IMG/VR virus record: IMGVR_UViG_3300025162_000019
Location: 138,826 to 189,489 of that record
DNA: 50,664 nucleotides
Direction: 5' to 3' (one strand)
Origin: a virus
Lineage: Duplodnaviria; Heunggongvirae; Uroviricota; Caudoviricetes
This document shows, in pieces, positions 1 through 8,385 of the stretch. The notes below the pieces were generated by a model. It worked only from the letters and a program-made list of their open reading frames with translations, searched no databases and was not told the DNA's origin. The position numbers were made by a program, and so were the translations under genes. Within the stretch, counting starts at the first letter, position 1; every line of letters begins with the position of its first letter.

Positions 1-6
1 TTAACA

Positions 7-300
7 TTAAAGTAGTGTCGTAACAGGATTTTCAACCTTTACAAGTTCTTCGGATTCTTTCTGAACATACCCTGTAAATCTGGCTGAAAATCTCTTCTTA
101 TCATCTATCAAATAACTTACATTATACTTCTTCTCATCATGTATAAGCAAATCGCCATAAGAAGGTAAAAGGCCATTCAAAGATTCAGCAGTAAATGAAT
201 ACTCACCCGGCTTCAAATACATTACCTTATATTGCCCTTCAACTACATCATTTAACTGAGGTAAAAATATACTTTCAACAAATCCTTTTTTATTAGACAT
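7..300 (-). CDS. hypothetical protein (97 aa)
   Basis: ORF on the coding strand, overlapping the stop of 293..601; no recognised motif. Confidence 0.7.
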   Translation of the reverse strand: MSNKKGFVESIFLPQLNDVVEGQYKVMYLKPGEYSFTAESLNGLLPSYGDLLIHDEKKYNVSYLIDDKKRFSARFTGYVQKESEELVKVENPVTTLL

Positions 301-601
301 TATTATCTCCAGACATTCCTTTTACTAATGTATCTAATAGACTATTCATATTAGATGTATTCTTTTCAATTGATTTACTATACTTCTTATAGCCCATCTC
401 ATCAATGGTTTCAGCTTCATCGGATAATCGTACAATTTCAAAGGCCATCAAAACATCTACAATACTTGACAATCTTTCATACTCATCTTTCAAATCTTCT
501 TCTTCTTTAATACCATCCCTTGTAATCTCTATTTGTGGCTTGATATTATTAAAATTACCTGTATTGATTGTCATACTCCTAGACACAGTTATTTTTAACA
601 T
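293..601 (-). CDS. hypothetical protein (102 aa)
   Basis: GGAG SD upstream, tight packing with neighbours; no recognised motif. Confidence 0.75.
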   Translation of the reverse strand: MLKITVSRSMTINTGNFNNIKPQIEITRDGIKEEEDLKDEYERLSSIVDVLMAFEIVRLSDEAETIDEMGYKKYSKSIEKNTSNMNSLLDTLVKGMSGDNNV

Positions 602-615
602 ATTATACTCCTTTT

Positions 616-1029
616 TTAATAAAATATTTCAGCTAAAATCATTTCAGCCATTTTTAATCTATCCATTTGATTTTGAACATTTAATCCTTGTGTATTAACA
701 GCAAACTCTATCATATCAGCAATTTTAATCAGATAGATTTTCTCTAATGCACTATTTTTCAAAAAACAATCCAACATATACATTTTAGCCAAATCAAAAT
801 CTAATACAACTGCTGATGGTACTACTTGTGTAGGAACTGATGGTTGTATTTGCTGGCCAACAGTACCTGAAATCGTATGGATTTTTTTTATTGACGGGGA
901 TGAAGGCACCGCTTGTGTTTTACTACCATTATAAGGTTTAACAGTAGCGTCTTGCCCTTCACACTCACATTCAACTTTATCTATATCACTACATTTGTTT
1001 TCTTCATTCATTACCAGATCATCAAACAT
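616..1029 (-). CDS. hypothetical protein (137 aa) with a Pro/Gln/Ser-rich central linker
   Basis: AAGGAG SD upstream of ATG; packed in operon. Confidence 0.75.
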   Translation of the reverse strand: MFDDLVMNEENKCSDIDKVECECEGQDATVKPYNGSKTQAVPSSPSIKKIHTISGTVGQQIQPSVPTQVVPSAVVLDFDLAKMYMLDCFLKNSALEKIYLIKIADMIEFAVNTQGLNVQNQMDRLKMAEMILAEIFY

Positions 1030-1040
1030 AATTATTCTCC

Positions 1041-1907
1041 TTACATATCACTTAAATAGTTTTTTATTAGATTAGCTGTATATACAACATCCATTTCAGG
1101 GTAATAGTTCTTTATATCCACATAAATCTGATGTATAATACCAACATAACAAAGATCATAACTCTTTACATTATACCAAACACTAAAATCATTCTCAACA
1201 ATACTTTCAAATGCGTTATAGTATCTATTCTCTATCGGGATTAAAGGAATACAATTATTCTCTAATGCTTTTACAAAATCTGAATGGAGATAACCGCACA
1301 TATTTTGATTGAATGTATTGATTAAAATAGTAGCTTTCAGATCGCAAAACTCTATAGGTTTCTTTTTAACACTAAAATCTACATAGTTATTTTCATGCCT
1401 TATATCAGCATCATAGTTTACTTCTAATCCGCCATACATTTCAGATACATAATACTTATCAAAGGCTTGTATTCTATCACTTATAGAACCCTTATAACCC
1501 AATGGTGTTCGTTTCCAGTTGCAAAATTGAATGCCATTTAATGTTTTAATCTTCAACCAAAAAGGTAGATAACGAAATCCTCGCCTATGATTTAAATATG
1601 GCTCAAAAAATACAACATTAAACTTCTTCAGCCAGCTATATTCTTTCTCAGTCATTGATGCTTGACTATCAAAAATAATTATAGGCTTTTTCGTCCTTGT
1701 AAATTCTTCAACAAGTTCCGTTTGTTTTAAGATCAACTTTCCTTTATTAGAGTTCTTTTTATCATGCTCTGTTTTAATCCAGTTTAGAAAAATAGCATCA
1801 CACTCTTCATTTGAATCTGATGCTAATTCCTTCACCTTCATTACTGGGTCTTTATTCAACTCACAAATTAAACTACCATCATTAACATTAAAAATCCCAA
1901 GTATCAT
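1041..1907 (-). CDS. putative GT-B-fold glycosyltransferase, distantly T4 beta-glucosyltransferase-like
   Basis: LGYKGSISDR and KATILINTFNQNMCGYLHSDFVKALENNCIPLIPIE resemble the nucleotide-sugar-binding half of BGT (from memory: VIYGGSFR...AALIIGDKNY..FITLRVWETMASDAVMLIDEE); by-eye match only. CDS itself is certain, product is tentative. Confidence 0.4.
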   Translation of the reverse strand: MILGIFNVNDGSLICELNKDPVMKVKELASDSNEECDAIFLNWIKTEHDKKNSNKGKLILKQTELVEEFTRTKKPIIIFDSQASMTEKEYSWLKKFNVVFFEPYLNHRRGFRYLPFWLKIKTLNGIQFCNWKRTPLGYKGSISDRIQAFDKYYVSEMYGGLEVNYDADIRHENNYVDFSVKKKPIEFCDLKATILINTFNQNMCGYLHSDFVKALENNCIPLIPIENRYYNAFESIVENDFSVWYNVKSYDLCYVGIIHQIYVDIKNYYPEMDVVYTANLIKNYLSDM

Positions 1908-1928
1908 TATTTATTAAACCATTTCCTA

Positions 1929-3344
1929 TTATATTCTGGCCCATTTAACAATCAAATCGTTGACTTCTGTAAACCAACCATTCTTTTCCTCATGCTCATA
2001 TTCATAAATAAAATCTATAACATGATCCGAAAAGCCATTTATTAATGTCCAGTTTTTATCATATGTTAGACCTGAATCATATGTTGCAATGTTCATAATA
2101 TAACCCTTACTATTATTAGAAGGTAATGCTCTACCATCTGTTGATTGCTCATCTGTTATAACAATCACTCTATCATACTCTTCTTTACTCTTTAAATCGT
2201 TCAAAGAAGTTCTTAAAGCTGTTCCCATGTTAGGCTGATTATTAATAATAGAATCAGCTAATTCAAAACCATGATAGTTATTTCCTACAAGGGCTAATCT
2301 ATCAGAAAAGGTATATACAACACATTCATCGCACACTTCTCTTAAAAGAATAGCAAGTGCTGTTGCGGTATCAATCCTTTTTGTTTCAGACTTCCTTGCA
2401 GTAGCCCAAGTCATTGAACCAGATACATCAACAAGTAATGCAGTTTTACCAGATAACTTGTTAAATGTTCTAACACACTTTAACATCATATCTTCAAGTT
2501 CTTTCTTAATATCTACATCTGAAATATTCTTATATGCAGTATAGAATCTGAAAGGGAAAAGTTTTTCAACATTAGCCTTATGTAAAGCATCTATAATCGT
2601 ATACTTATCAAGACCAGCTTCTATCATACCTCTTATATTTTTGATCAAAGCCATAGCACCTAACTTATTATTCTTAATCAAATCCTCAAAAACATCTTTC
2701 TTATTTTCACCGGAAGATAAACGCACTTCCCAAGTATCAGGGATTTCTAATTTAGAATATTCACCATAAAATGCCTTGATTGGAAATCCTGCTTTTGTTA
2801 CTGTTGGAAAGAAATCTTTATTTACCAACTGAGCAAACATCTTTCCTTTTGTCATATTTTCAGGTTTAGCGTGGCACAAAAATGCCGCATCCCTCAACTG
2901 AACAGAGCCAGGGCCACTATCATTCTTATTCCATTTAGCTATCTGATACTCATTGAACTTATTGAAAGCCTTTGAAATACCTTTCTTTACCTGAGCAGAC
3001 AAAGAAGAATCTTTATCACTACCAGACCAATATAGTTTTAAGAACTCAATTATTTCATCAGGTCTTTGAATAATCTGATTTAAAGTATTACTTAAAATAG
3101 AAGGGGTATATGTCTTAGTATTACGAGCAAGCTCACGAATTAAAAGCAATGGTATTTTTCTTAAATGGAACTTATCTCTAGCTTCTATCGCAAGAGAGGC
3201 AACCATATAAGGATCGCATTGTTTAACCAATTCTTTTATTCTATTTGTACAAGATGCGCCTGATTCATAAAATGAATTTTCATTTAATAGGCAAGATAAT
3301 ACTGAACGTCTTAACTGAGCTTCTGAACTTAAATTTTCAAACAT
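1929..3344 (-). CDS. rsr: Ro60/Rsr ortholog (TROVE + vWA domain RNA-binding protein), about 471 aa
   Basis: LRRSVLSCLL-E-SFYE, LRKIPLLLIRELA, FNEYQIAKW, TWEVRLS (TROVE); DVSGSM and VITDEQ (vWA MIDAS). Start re-assigned from 3425 to ATG at 3344 (SD AGGAGA 8 nt upstream) because the longer start runs through a structured RNA unit. Confidence 0.93.
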   Translation of the reverse strand: MFENLSSEAQLRRSVLSCLLNENSFYESGASCTNRIKELVKQCDPYMVASLAIEARDKFHLRKIPLLLIRELARNTKTYTPSILSNTLNQIIQRPDEIIEFLKLYWSGSDKDSSLSAQVKKGISKAFNKFNEYQIAKWNKNDSGPGSVQLRDAAFLCHAKPENMTKGKMFAQLVNKDFFPTVTKAGFPIKAFYGEYSKLEIPDTWEVRLSSGENKKDVFEDLIKNNKLGAMALIKNIRGMIEAGLDKYTIIDALHKANVEKLFPFRFYTAYKNISDVDIKKELEDMMLKCVRTFNKLSGKTALLVDVSGSMTWATARKSETKRIDTATALAILLREVCDECVVYTFSDRLALVGNNYHGFELADSIINNQPNMGTALRTSLNDLKSKEEYDRVIVITDEQSTDGRALPSNNSKGYIMNIATYDSGLTYDKNWTLINGFSDHVIDFIYEYEHEEKNGWFTEVNDLIVKWARI

Positions 3345-3370
3345 AACATATTCTCCTTGAGTAAAGATTT

Positions 3371-3434
3371 GAGGAACAAATTGCATTGAGTGTTTTTTCA
3401 TTTTGTAGTTGAAGTAACTCAACACTCCGCCATC
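3371..3434 (-). ncRNA. Y-RNA (Yrl)-like structured RNA, unit 1
   Basis: GAUGGCGGA-GUGUUGAGU-UACUUCAACU...-ACUCAAUGC-AAUUUGUUCCUC; 9-bp stem with 2 G-U pairs; motif shared with units 2 and 3; lies directly upstream of rsr. Confidence 0.7.
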
Positions 3435-3450
3435 AAATTATATTAAAATA

Positions 3451-3510
3451 GGGAACAAACAGAATGAGCGTCTTTTCATTTCAAGTGAAGTATCTCATTC
3501 TAACACCACT
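3451..3510 (-). ncRNA. Y-RNA (Yrl)-like structured RNA, unit 2
   Basis: AGUGGUGUU-AGAAUGAG-AUACUUCACUUGAAAUGAAAAGACG-CUCAUUCU-GUUUGUUCCC; perfect 8-bp stem; CUUCACUUGA resembles the CACUUGAC strand of the metazoan Ro60-binding helix. Confidence 0.72.
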
Positions 3511-3528
3511 ATAATCTTTTTTATTAAA

Positions 3529-3638
3529 GAGGAACAATTAAAAAAGAGATTATCAGGAGTTTCACCCGAATCCTTTTATTGTTACATTTTTGATTATTAG
3601 TCAAATTTCAAGTGAAGTAACTCTTCTTATACACCATC
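3529..3638 (-). ncRNA. Y-RNA (Yrl)-like structured RNA, unit 3, with tRNA-like arms
   Basis: GAUGGUGUAU-AAGAAGAG-UUACUUCACUUGAAA...UUUGA(CUAAUAA)UCAAA...UCGGG(UGAAACU)CCUGA-UAAU-CUCUUUUU-UAAUUGUUCCUC; two 5-bp/7-nt-loop hairpins inside the conserved outer stem. Confidence 0.72.
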
Positions 3639-3653
3639 TTTAACTTTGAATAT

Positions 3654-3682
3654 ATTATAACATATTACTTTTTATTTGTCAA
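3654..3682 (-). promoter_or_regulatory. consensus sigma70-type promoter for the Y-like RNA/rsr operon
   Basis: TTGACA (3682-3677), 17 bp, TATAAT (3659-3654), with extended -10 TG; predicted start near 3647, about 9 nt before unit 3. Confidence 0.85.
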
Positions 3683-3938
3683 TCTTTTCTTTTACTTTTT
3701 CTTCTTTTATTTTTTTCTTTCCAAGAGCATTTTCAATAATAAAATCTCTTACTGGAAATGACAAAGCATCTAAACGGCAGTGTAACCCCTGAGCTATAAT
3801 ATTTATAGGGCCAACTACTGTTGCAATATGCCTTACCGCTTCTGCCAAATCAAATGCAGCAATAAATGCTGTAAAGCTGTTGAAATTTGGAATCTTTTCG
3901 TATTCAATTCTATACACATTAACTGTTTTTCCTGCCAT
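3672..3938 (-). CDS. hypothetical protein (88 aa), Lys-rich C-terminus
   Basis: AGGAG SD upstream; stop codon overlaps the -35 region of the rsr promoter. Confidence 0.7.
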   Translation of the reverse strand: MAGKTVNVYRIEYEKIPNFNSFTAFIAAFDLAEAVRHIATVVGPINIIAQGLHCRLDALSFPVRDFIIENALGKKKIKEEKVKEKIDK

Positions 3939-3944
3939 CTTAAA

Positions 3945-4005
3945 CTCCTATTAAACCTTTTATTTTATTCAAACAACATAACTTATCATTATACCAATCT
4001 TTGTC
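3945..4005 (-). pseudogene. remnant 3' end of a Zn-finger endonuclease gene (DKDWYNDKLCCLNKIKGLIGV*)
   Basis: 54/61 nt identical to 48253-48313, including a 32-nt perfect match (3971-4002 = 48279-48310); no start codon in frame. Confidence 0.8.
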
Positions 4006-4007
4006 AT

Positions 4008-4211
4008 TTAGCCTTCTATTATATCTTCATAACAAGGTTCATAAACATATGAATTTTTTTCTTTATCAATTTTAGTAATCTTATAATACGATATAAAACC
4101 ACTAGTTATTGATTCTTCTATTTTATCTAACATACTTTCTGATATAAAAATTTCGCCAATCTCAACTTTTTTCGGCTCTGTTTTTAACATTCTAACTTCA
4201 GATGATTTCAT
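4008..4211 (-). CDS. hypothetical protein (67 aa)
   Basis: ATG overlaps the TAA of the upstream 25-aa ORF (TAATG coupling). Confidence 0.65.
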   Translation of the reverse strand: MKSSEVRMLKTEPKKVEIGEIFISESMLDKIEESITSGFISYYKITKIDKEKNSYVYEPCYEDIIEG

Positions 4212-4288
4212 TATTTCTTTTTTCCTTTTTTCTTTTTACTTTTAGGTGCTACTTGTTGCTCTTTATCTTGTTTCTTTTTATTTCCCAT
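4211..4288 (-). CDS. small highly basic peptide MGNKKKQDKEQQVAPKSKKKKGKKK (25 aa), not in the ORF track
   Basis: GGAGGA SD about 9 nt upstream of ATG 4288; TAATG overlap with the next gene. Confidence 0.6.
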   Translation of the reverse strand: MGNKKKQDKEQQVAPKSKKKKGKKK

Positions 4289-4345
4289 AATAGATTTCCT
4301 CCTGTAAATATGTTTAATCTATTTATGAGAAAATTAAAATAAATA

Positions 4346-5479
4346 TTATTTCTTTGTTTTTTTCTTTGTCGTTACAGGATTTTCAGCTAAAGCGACATCT
4401 AACTCTTCTGAAGTTTTAACATCAACATTTTCAAGTAACTTCTCTGCTGCTTCCACCATTTCATTATGCGTAGAATAACCAGTATTTTTCAACCACTCAT
4501 CAACTTCTTCTAATAATTCAGGATGATTGGCTAAATTAGCTGTTGCATTATCAAATCCTTGTCCTAAAACTTCCCCAGTTTTTGTAATCTTAAACCATGC
4601 GCCACCTTGAGTTACAATGCCAGCTTCTATCAATAGATCAACAATGCCAGCATATATATCAATACCCTTATTATAATCTATTTTAATAATTGCATCCTGA
4701 TATGGTGGATACATACGATTCTTTATTGTCGTAGCCTTGATAATACTCTCACCTTCATTACTCTTTTCCTTTTTAAGTGATAAAAGAATACTTGGAAACA
4801 TTCTCATTGCCTTACCACCGCCAATCTGATCCGGTAATGGAACCTGCCCTGGCCTACTATACATATGACCAGTTATAATACCGATAGAACCAGTTTCGAT
4901 AATAACATTCAGCATCATTTTTAGCATTGAACGAATTTTCTTCTGTAGCTGACCTTGATCTGCTTTAGGTTCACCCTTCAAAGCATCAGCCATAACTTTA
5001 TCTTGATCTAAACCACCAACAGAATCTAATCCTATTATTCCCTTTTGACCTGTTGCTAAAAGCTTTTCTTTAATCTGTGCCAAAGTTATTTTTACATTAT
5101 CAACATATGGTGTATAAAAATACTGAGATTTCTTTGTATTTAATCCCCATCTTTTAGCAAAATCATTACCACAGCCTAGTTCTGAATCCATAATAAATGG
5201 AATATAGCCTTGCTTTTGCCCTTCTAACATACATAAAACCATAAAAGATGATTTCATTGTATGTTCAGGCCCTACAATACCAACGAGATTTTTATGCGGA
5301 ATACCCTTATGTAATGAGCCAGATATAATCCTATTCAAATCCAATGCAGGTGTTTTAACCCATTCAGTGACATTACCAATAGTAGATTCTGATAATGTTG
5401 AAATGTGAATACTTGGTAATGCTTTTTGCAATCCGGCTAATATATTATCAAATACTTCCTGATCTATTTCTTCTGTCAT
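4346..5479 (-). CDS. uvsX: UvsX/RecA-family recombinase
   Basis: TPALDLNRIISG, UvsX-type P-loop GPEHTMKS, GLDSVG, IGGGKAMRM, TIKNR, GGAWF. Confidence 0.93.
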   Translation of the reverse strand: MTEEIDQEVFDNILAGLQKALPSIHISTLSESTIGNVTEWVKTPALDLNRIISGSLHKGIPHKNLVGIVGPEHTMKSSFMVLCMLEGQKQGYIPFIMDSELGCGNDFAKRWGLNTKKSQYFYTPYVDNVKITLAQIKEKLLATGQKGIIGLDSVGGLDQDKVMADALKGEPKADQGQLQKKIRSMLKMMLNVIIETGSIGIITGHMYSRPGQVPLPDQIGGGKAMRMFPSILLSLKKEKSNEGESIIKATTIKNRMYPPYQDAIIKIDYNKGIDIYAGIVDLLIEAGIVTQGGAWFKITKTGEVLGQGFDNATANLANHPELLEEVDEWLKNTGYSTHNEMVEAAEKLLENVDVKTSEELDVALAENPVTTKKKTKK

Positions 5480-5494
5480 TTATATAACCTCTTT

Positions 5495-7684
5495 TTATAT
5501 TTTAGATAAAACTGAAAATCCCTGCGACTTATTTACCATATAAGCGTTATTAAATTCCAGATCATCTATTTCTTGTCTATGTGTTACTATATAAATTTTA
5601 CTACTATCATCTCTCTGTTTACCTTTAATAATCCTTAGCATTTGTTTCAAACCAGATGAATCTATTGATGAATCCAATATTTCATCTAAAACCAATATAT
5701 CAGGCCATATACCAGCCTGTAAACGAGAAATATCTAAAAAAGCTAACTGCATTGATAAATCTATGCTTCTAGCCTCACCACCACTTAAATTACCATAAGA
5801 GCAATTAAATATTCCTGGCCCTTCTATCGTTTCATTTAACCAAGCATCTAATATAAGATAAAAGTTTACACCACTTTCAGCCAGATAATAATTTACCTGT
5901 TTATTCAAATAGGGAAGAAATGATGATATAGCATATTGTTTTATATTTTCATCTTTACATATTAATTTTAAATAATTTAAATGATCGACTATAAGATTTA
6001 AACTTACATTATCCTTCTCTAACTTTTTTATTTCTTTATTATTTTTACTTCTATTATCTTCAATATCAGATAATAATTTTAGTAAATCTCTTTTTCTCTT
6101 TGTTTCTTGATCTACTTTCTCTAAAAGGATTCTCTTTTCTATCTCTAAATTATTAATGATTTTTAAAGATTCTTCAAATGATTCTATATCTATTCTAGTT
6201 TCAGTAATCGTAATCTTTATTTCTTGTAATTCCATATCAACTTTTAATCTTTCTTCTTCAACTTTTAATAGAAAAAATTGTATCTTTTCTACTTCTCTTT
6301 CAAGTCTTTCTAAATCATATGATAAGGCATCCTCTGAATAATTCTTTAACTCTAGTTCCAGCTCAATCTTTTTTATTTTAATTCTATTTAACTCTTTACT
6401 TTCAATATTTATCTTCTCTAAGCTTTCTTTATTTTCTTTCAGTAATAATTCTAACACATCTAATTTAATTTGTAAATCACTACTACATACCATTCTAATA
6501 TTGATTTTATTAAATAGTTTATCCTTACAATCATCGGTTATTGCTGTGTTACATAACGGACATTGATCAGATGCTTCTATTATACTCAAATCACTTCTAA
6601 GATTCAGTAAAACGCCTTCATTAACATTAATAGTATCTTTCAAAATAGAATATTCATCCATCACACCTTTAATCTCTGTATCTTTTAACGATATAGTATT
6701 ACTCAACTCTAAAATTAACTTGTCTATATCTGGATAAGTAGATTCGTAGGAATCATATTCTTTTTTTAAGGTAGTATACTTTTCATTGATTTTTATTCCC
6801 TCCTTGATTAAACTTATCTCTTCCTTCTTATTAGTAATCATATTTTTATATTCTTCTATTTGACTATCATATATAGAAATACTCTTACTACATTCAAATT
6901 CTTTGTCTAAATATGAAGTTCTTTCAAGTATAGCTTCTTCATATTCTCTTCTCAGTGACACCTTATCATATGTCTTTAATTTATTTTCAATCTCTTTTAA
7001 TGTATCTTCTGATGAACTAATTTTATTAATCATTTCAAGAAGTTCATTACCTTTAATACCTAAACTTACATCAACGGATTTATATTGACCCATAGATAAA
7101 TTATTCATACTTATCTTATCCAAATTTATCTGCAAATACTTATTGCCTTTCTCTACAAGTTTAGAATACATTTCAAGAGAAAATATCCGTTCAAGAAACT
7201 GCCTCTTCTTTCCCGTATCTAACTTTAGTATAGGTGTTAAATTGTTAAGATTAGTATGGATTAGATTAATAAAAGATAGAAAATCAAATCCCAATATTTC
7301 TTTTTCAAAGAACTTTTGATAATCTCTCGCATCAGACAATAATGGTATTAAAGAACCATTTTCATATATTTCTAATTTATCTGGTTTTATTGCTCTTAAT
7401 ATGGAATAATTTTTAGTATCTTTTATAAAATTTAATATGACTTCACAGTTCTTTTTATTTTTCCAGTTTATTATCTGTTCTTTTTTAACTGGCTTATTTG
7501 TTCTACCAAATAAAGCAAATGGTATTGTCTCCATAACAGAACTTTTACCTGAAGCGTTTGATCGTTTTTTATCATGGTCAAAACCAAATATGGCATTAAT
7601 ACCAGGCTCAAAAATTAAATGTTGAGGCGAATTACCATAACTGAAAAAATTCTTAAAAGTAGTATCTTGAAAATCTAATATCAT
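5495..7684 (-). CDS. gp46: gp46 recombination endonuclease ATPase subunit (Rad50/SbcC-like)
   Basis: FKNFFSYGN, NASGKSS Walker A, CPLC zinc hook in a coiled coil, LSGGE signature, LDEILD, VTH. Confidence 0.95.
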   Translation of the reverse strand: MILDFQDTTFKNFFSYGNSPQHLIFEPGINAIFGFDHDKKRSNASGKSSVMETIPFALFGRTNKPVKKEQIINWKNKKNCEVILNFIKDTKNYSILRAIKPDKLEIYENGSLIPLLSDARDYQKFFEKEILGFDFLSFINLIHTNLNNLTPILKLDTGKKRQFLERIFSLEMYSKLVEKGNKYLQINLDKISMNNLSMGQYKSVDVSLGIKGNELLEMINKISSSEDTLKEIENKLKTYDKVSLRREYEEAILERTSYLDKEFECSKSISIYDSQIEEYKNMITNKKEEISLIKEGIKINEKYTTLKKEYDSYESTYPDIDKLILELSNTISLKDTEIKGVMDEYSILKDTINVNEGVLLNLRSDLSIIEASDQCPLCNTAITDDCKDKLFNKINIRMVCSSDLQIKLDVLELLLKENKESLEKINIESKELNRIKIKKIELELELKNYSEDALSYDLERLEREVEKIQFFLLKVEEERLKVDMELQEIKITITETRIDIESFEESLKIINNLEIEKRILLEKVDQETKRKRDLLKLLSDIEDNRSKNNKEIKKLEKDNVSLNLIVDHLNYLKLICKDENIKQYAISSFLPYLNKQVNYYLAESGVNFYLILDAWLNETIEGPGIFNCSYGNLSGGEARSIDLSMQLAFLDISRLQAGIWPDILVLDEILDSSIDSSGLKQMLRIIKGKQRDDSSKIYIVTHRQEIDDLEFNNAYMVNKSQGFSVLSKI

Positions 7685-7917
7685 TAGATAAAATCATCAT
7701 TATCTATGTCATTATCAATATCATAGCCGAATGATTCATATGCCTCATCAAAGGCTTCATCAAGTCCGATACATTCCTGAAGAGTATCGCAATCATACTC
7801 TTCAAATCCTGTTATAAGAACCTTATACACCTTAACCCTTGTATCAAAATCCTCTATCTCAATTTTAATACCATATATCACATCTTCCATTAAATTAGAA
7901 CCAGTAGCCCATCCCAT
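7684..7917 (-). CDS. acidic hypothetical phage protein (77 aa)
   Basis: Coupled to gp46 by TAATG overlap; strongly Asp/Glu-rich. Confidence 0.7.
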   Translation of the reverse strand: MGWATGSNLMEDVIYGIKIEIEDFDTRVKVYKVLITGFEEYDCDTLQECIGLDEAFDEAYESFGYDIDNDIDNDDFI

Positions 7918-7920
7918 AGT

Positions 7921-8385
7921 TTATTCCTCCTGATCTCTTATTTGTTCATATATACTTGAAGCTAAATCAGCTACACGACTTGCCCAGCTAGGATCATCTG
8001 TATTCAATGATACTTCCTCATGGAAATCTGAAAAATCATGTGGAATTAATTTATAAGGGTTTTTAGCATCTAAATCTACATAACAATGTCTTAATTCATG
8101 CCTAAGTATTCTAACTCTATCATCCCTTGTAATATTATCCCATGCAATTTTATCAACAGTTAAAATATAATCAAAACCTTCTTCTATTCTATCATCAGCA
8201 GTTAGTGTTCTTAAAAGATCATTTGTTTTTCTTATCTGAGCTAAAATTACCAGACCTTCTTTTGTTCTCTTCTTTAAATCAAAAAGGCAACAAATCTGTG
8301 CGCTTCTAAGTTCAGGAAAAAAATCTGCTCTCACATCTGTTAATAATGCCTTTAATAAATCCGATGCATCTTCAAATCTACTCAT
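7921..8385 (-). CDS. putative phage zinc metallopeptidase (about 154 aa)
   Basis: HELRH (HExxH) then PHDFSDF. Start re-assigned to MSRFEDA (ATG 8385), which overlaps the upstream stop. Confidence 0.75.
   Translation of the reverse strand: MSRFEDASDLLKALLTDVRADFFPELRSAQICCLFDLKKRTKEGLVILAQIRKTNDLLRTLTADDRIEEGFDYILTVDKIAWDNITRDDRVRILRHELRHCYVDLDAKNPYKLIPHDFSDFHEEVSLNTDDPSWASRVADLASSIYEQIRDQEE

Noticed and set aside
3345-3425. ORF-track N-terminal extension of the TROVE protein
   Set aside because: It lacks an SD and runs through structured RNA unit 1; a good AGGAGA SD precedes Met at 3344
3371-3638. CRISPR mini-array interpretation of the three repeated units
   Set aside because: Units are not identical repeats with unique spacers; they are covarying stems of unequal length, and no cas genes are present
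3529-3638. A true tRNA-Ile gene
   Set aside because: No acceptor stem, D-arm or CCA geometry, and the T-loop is non-canonical; called a tRNA-like module of a Y-like RNA instead
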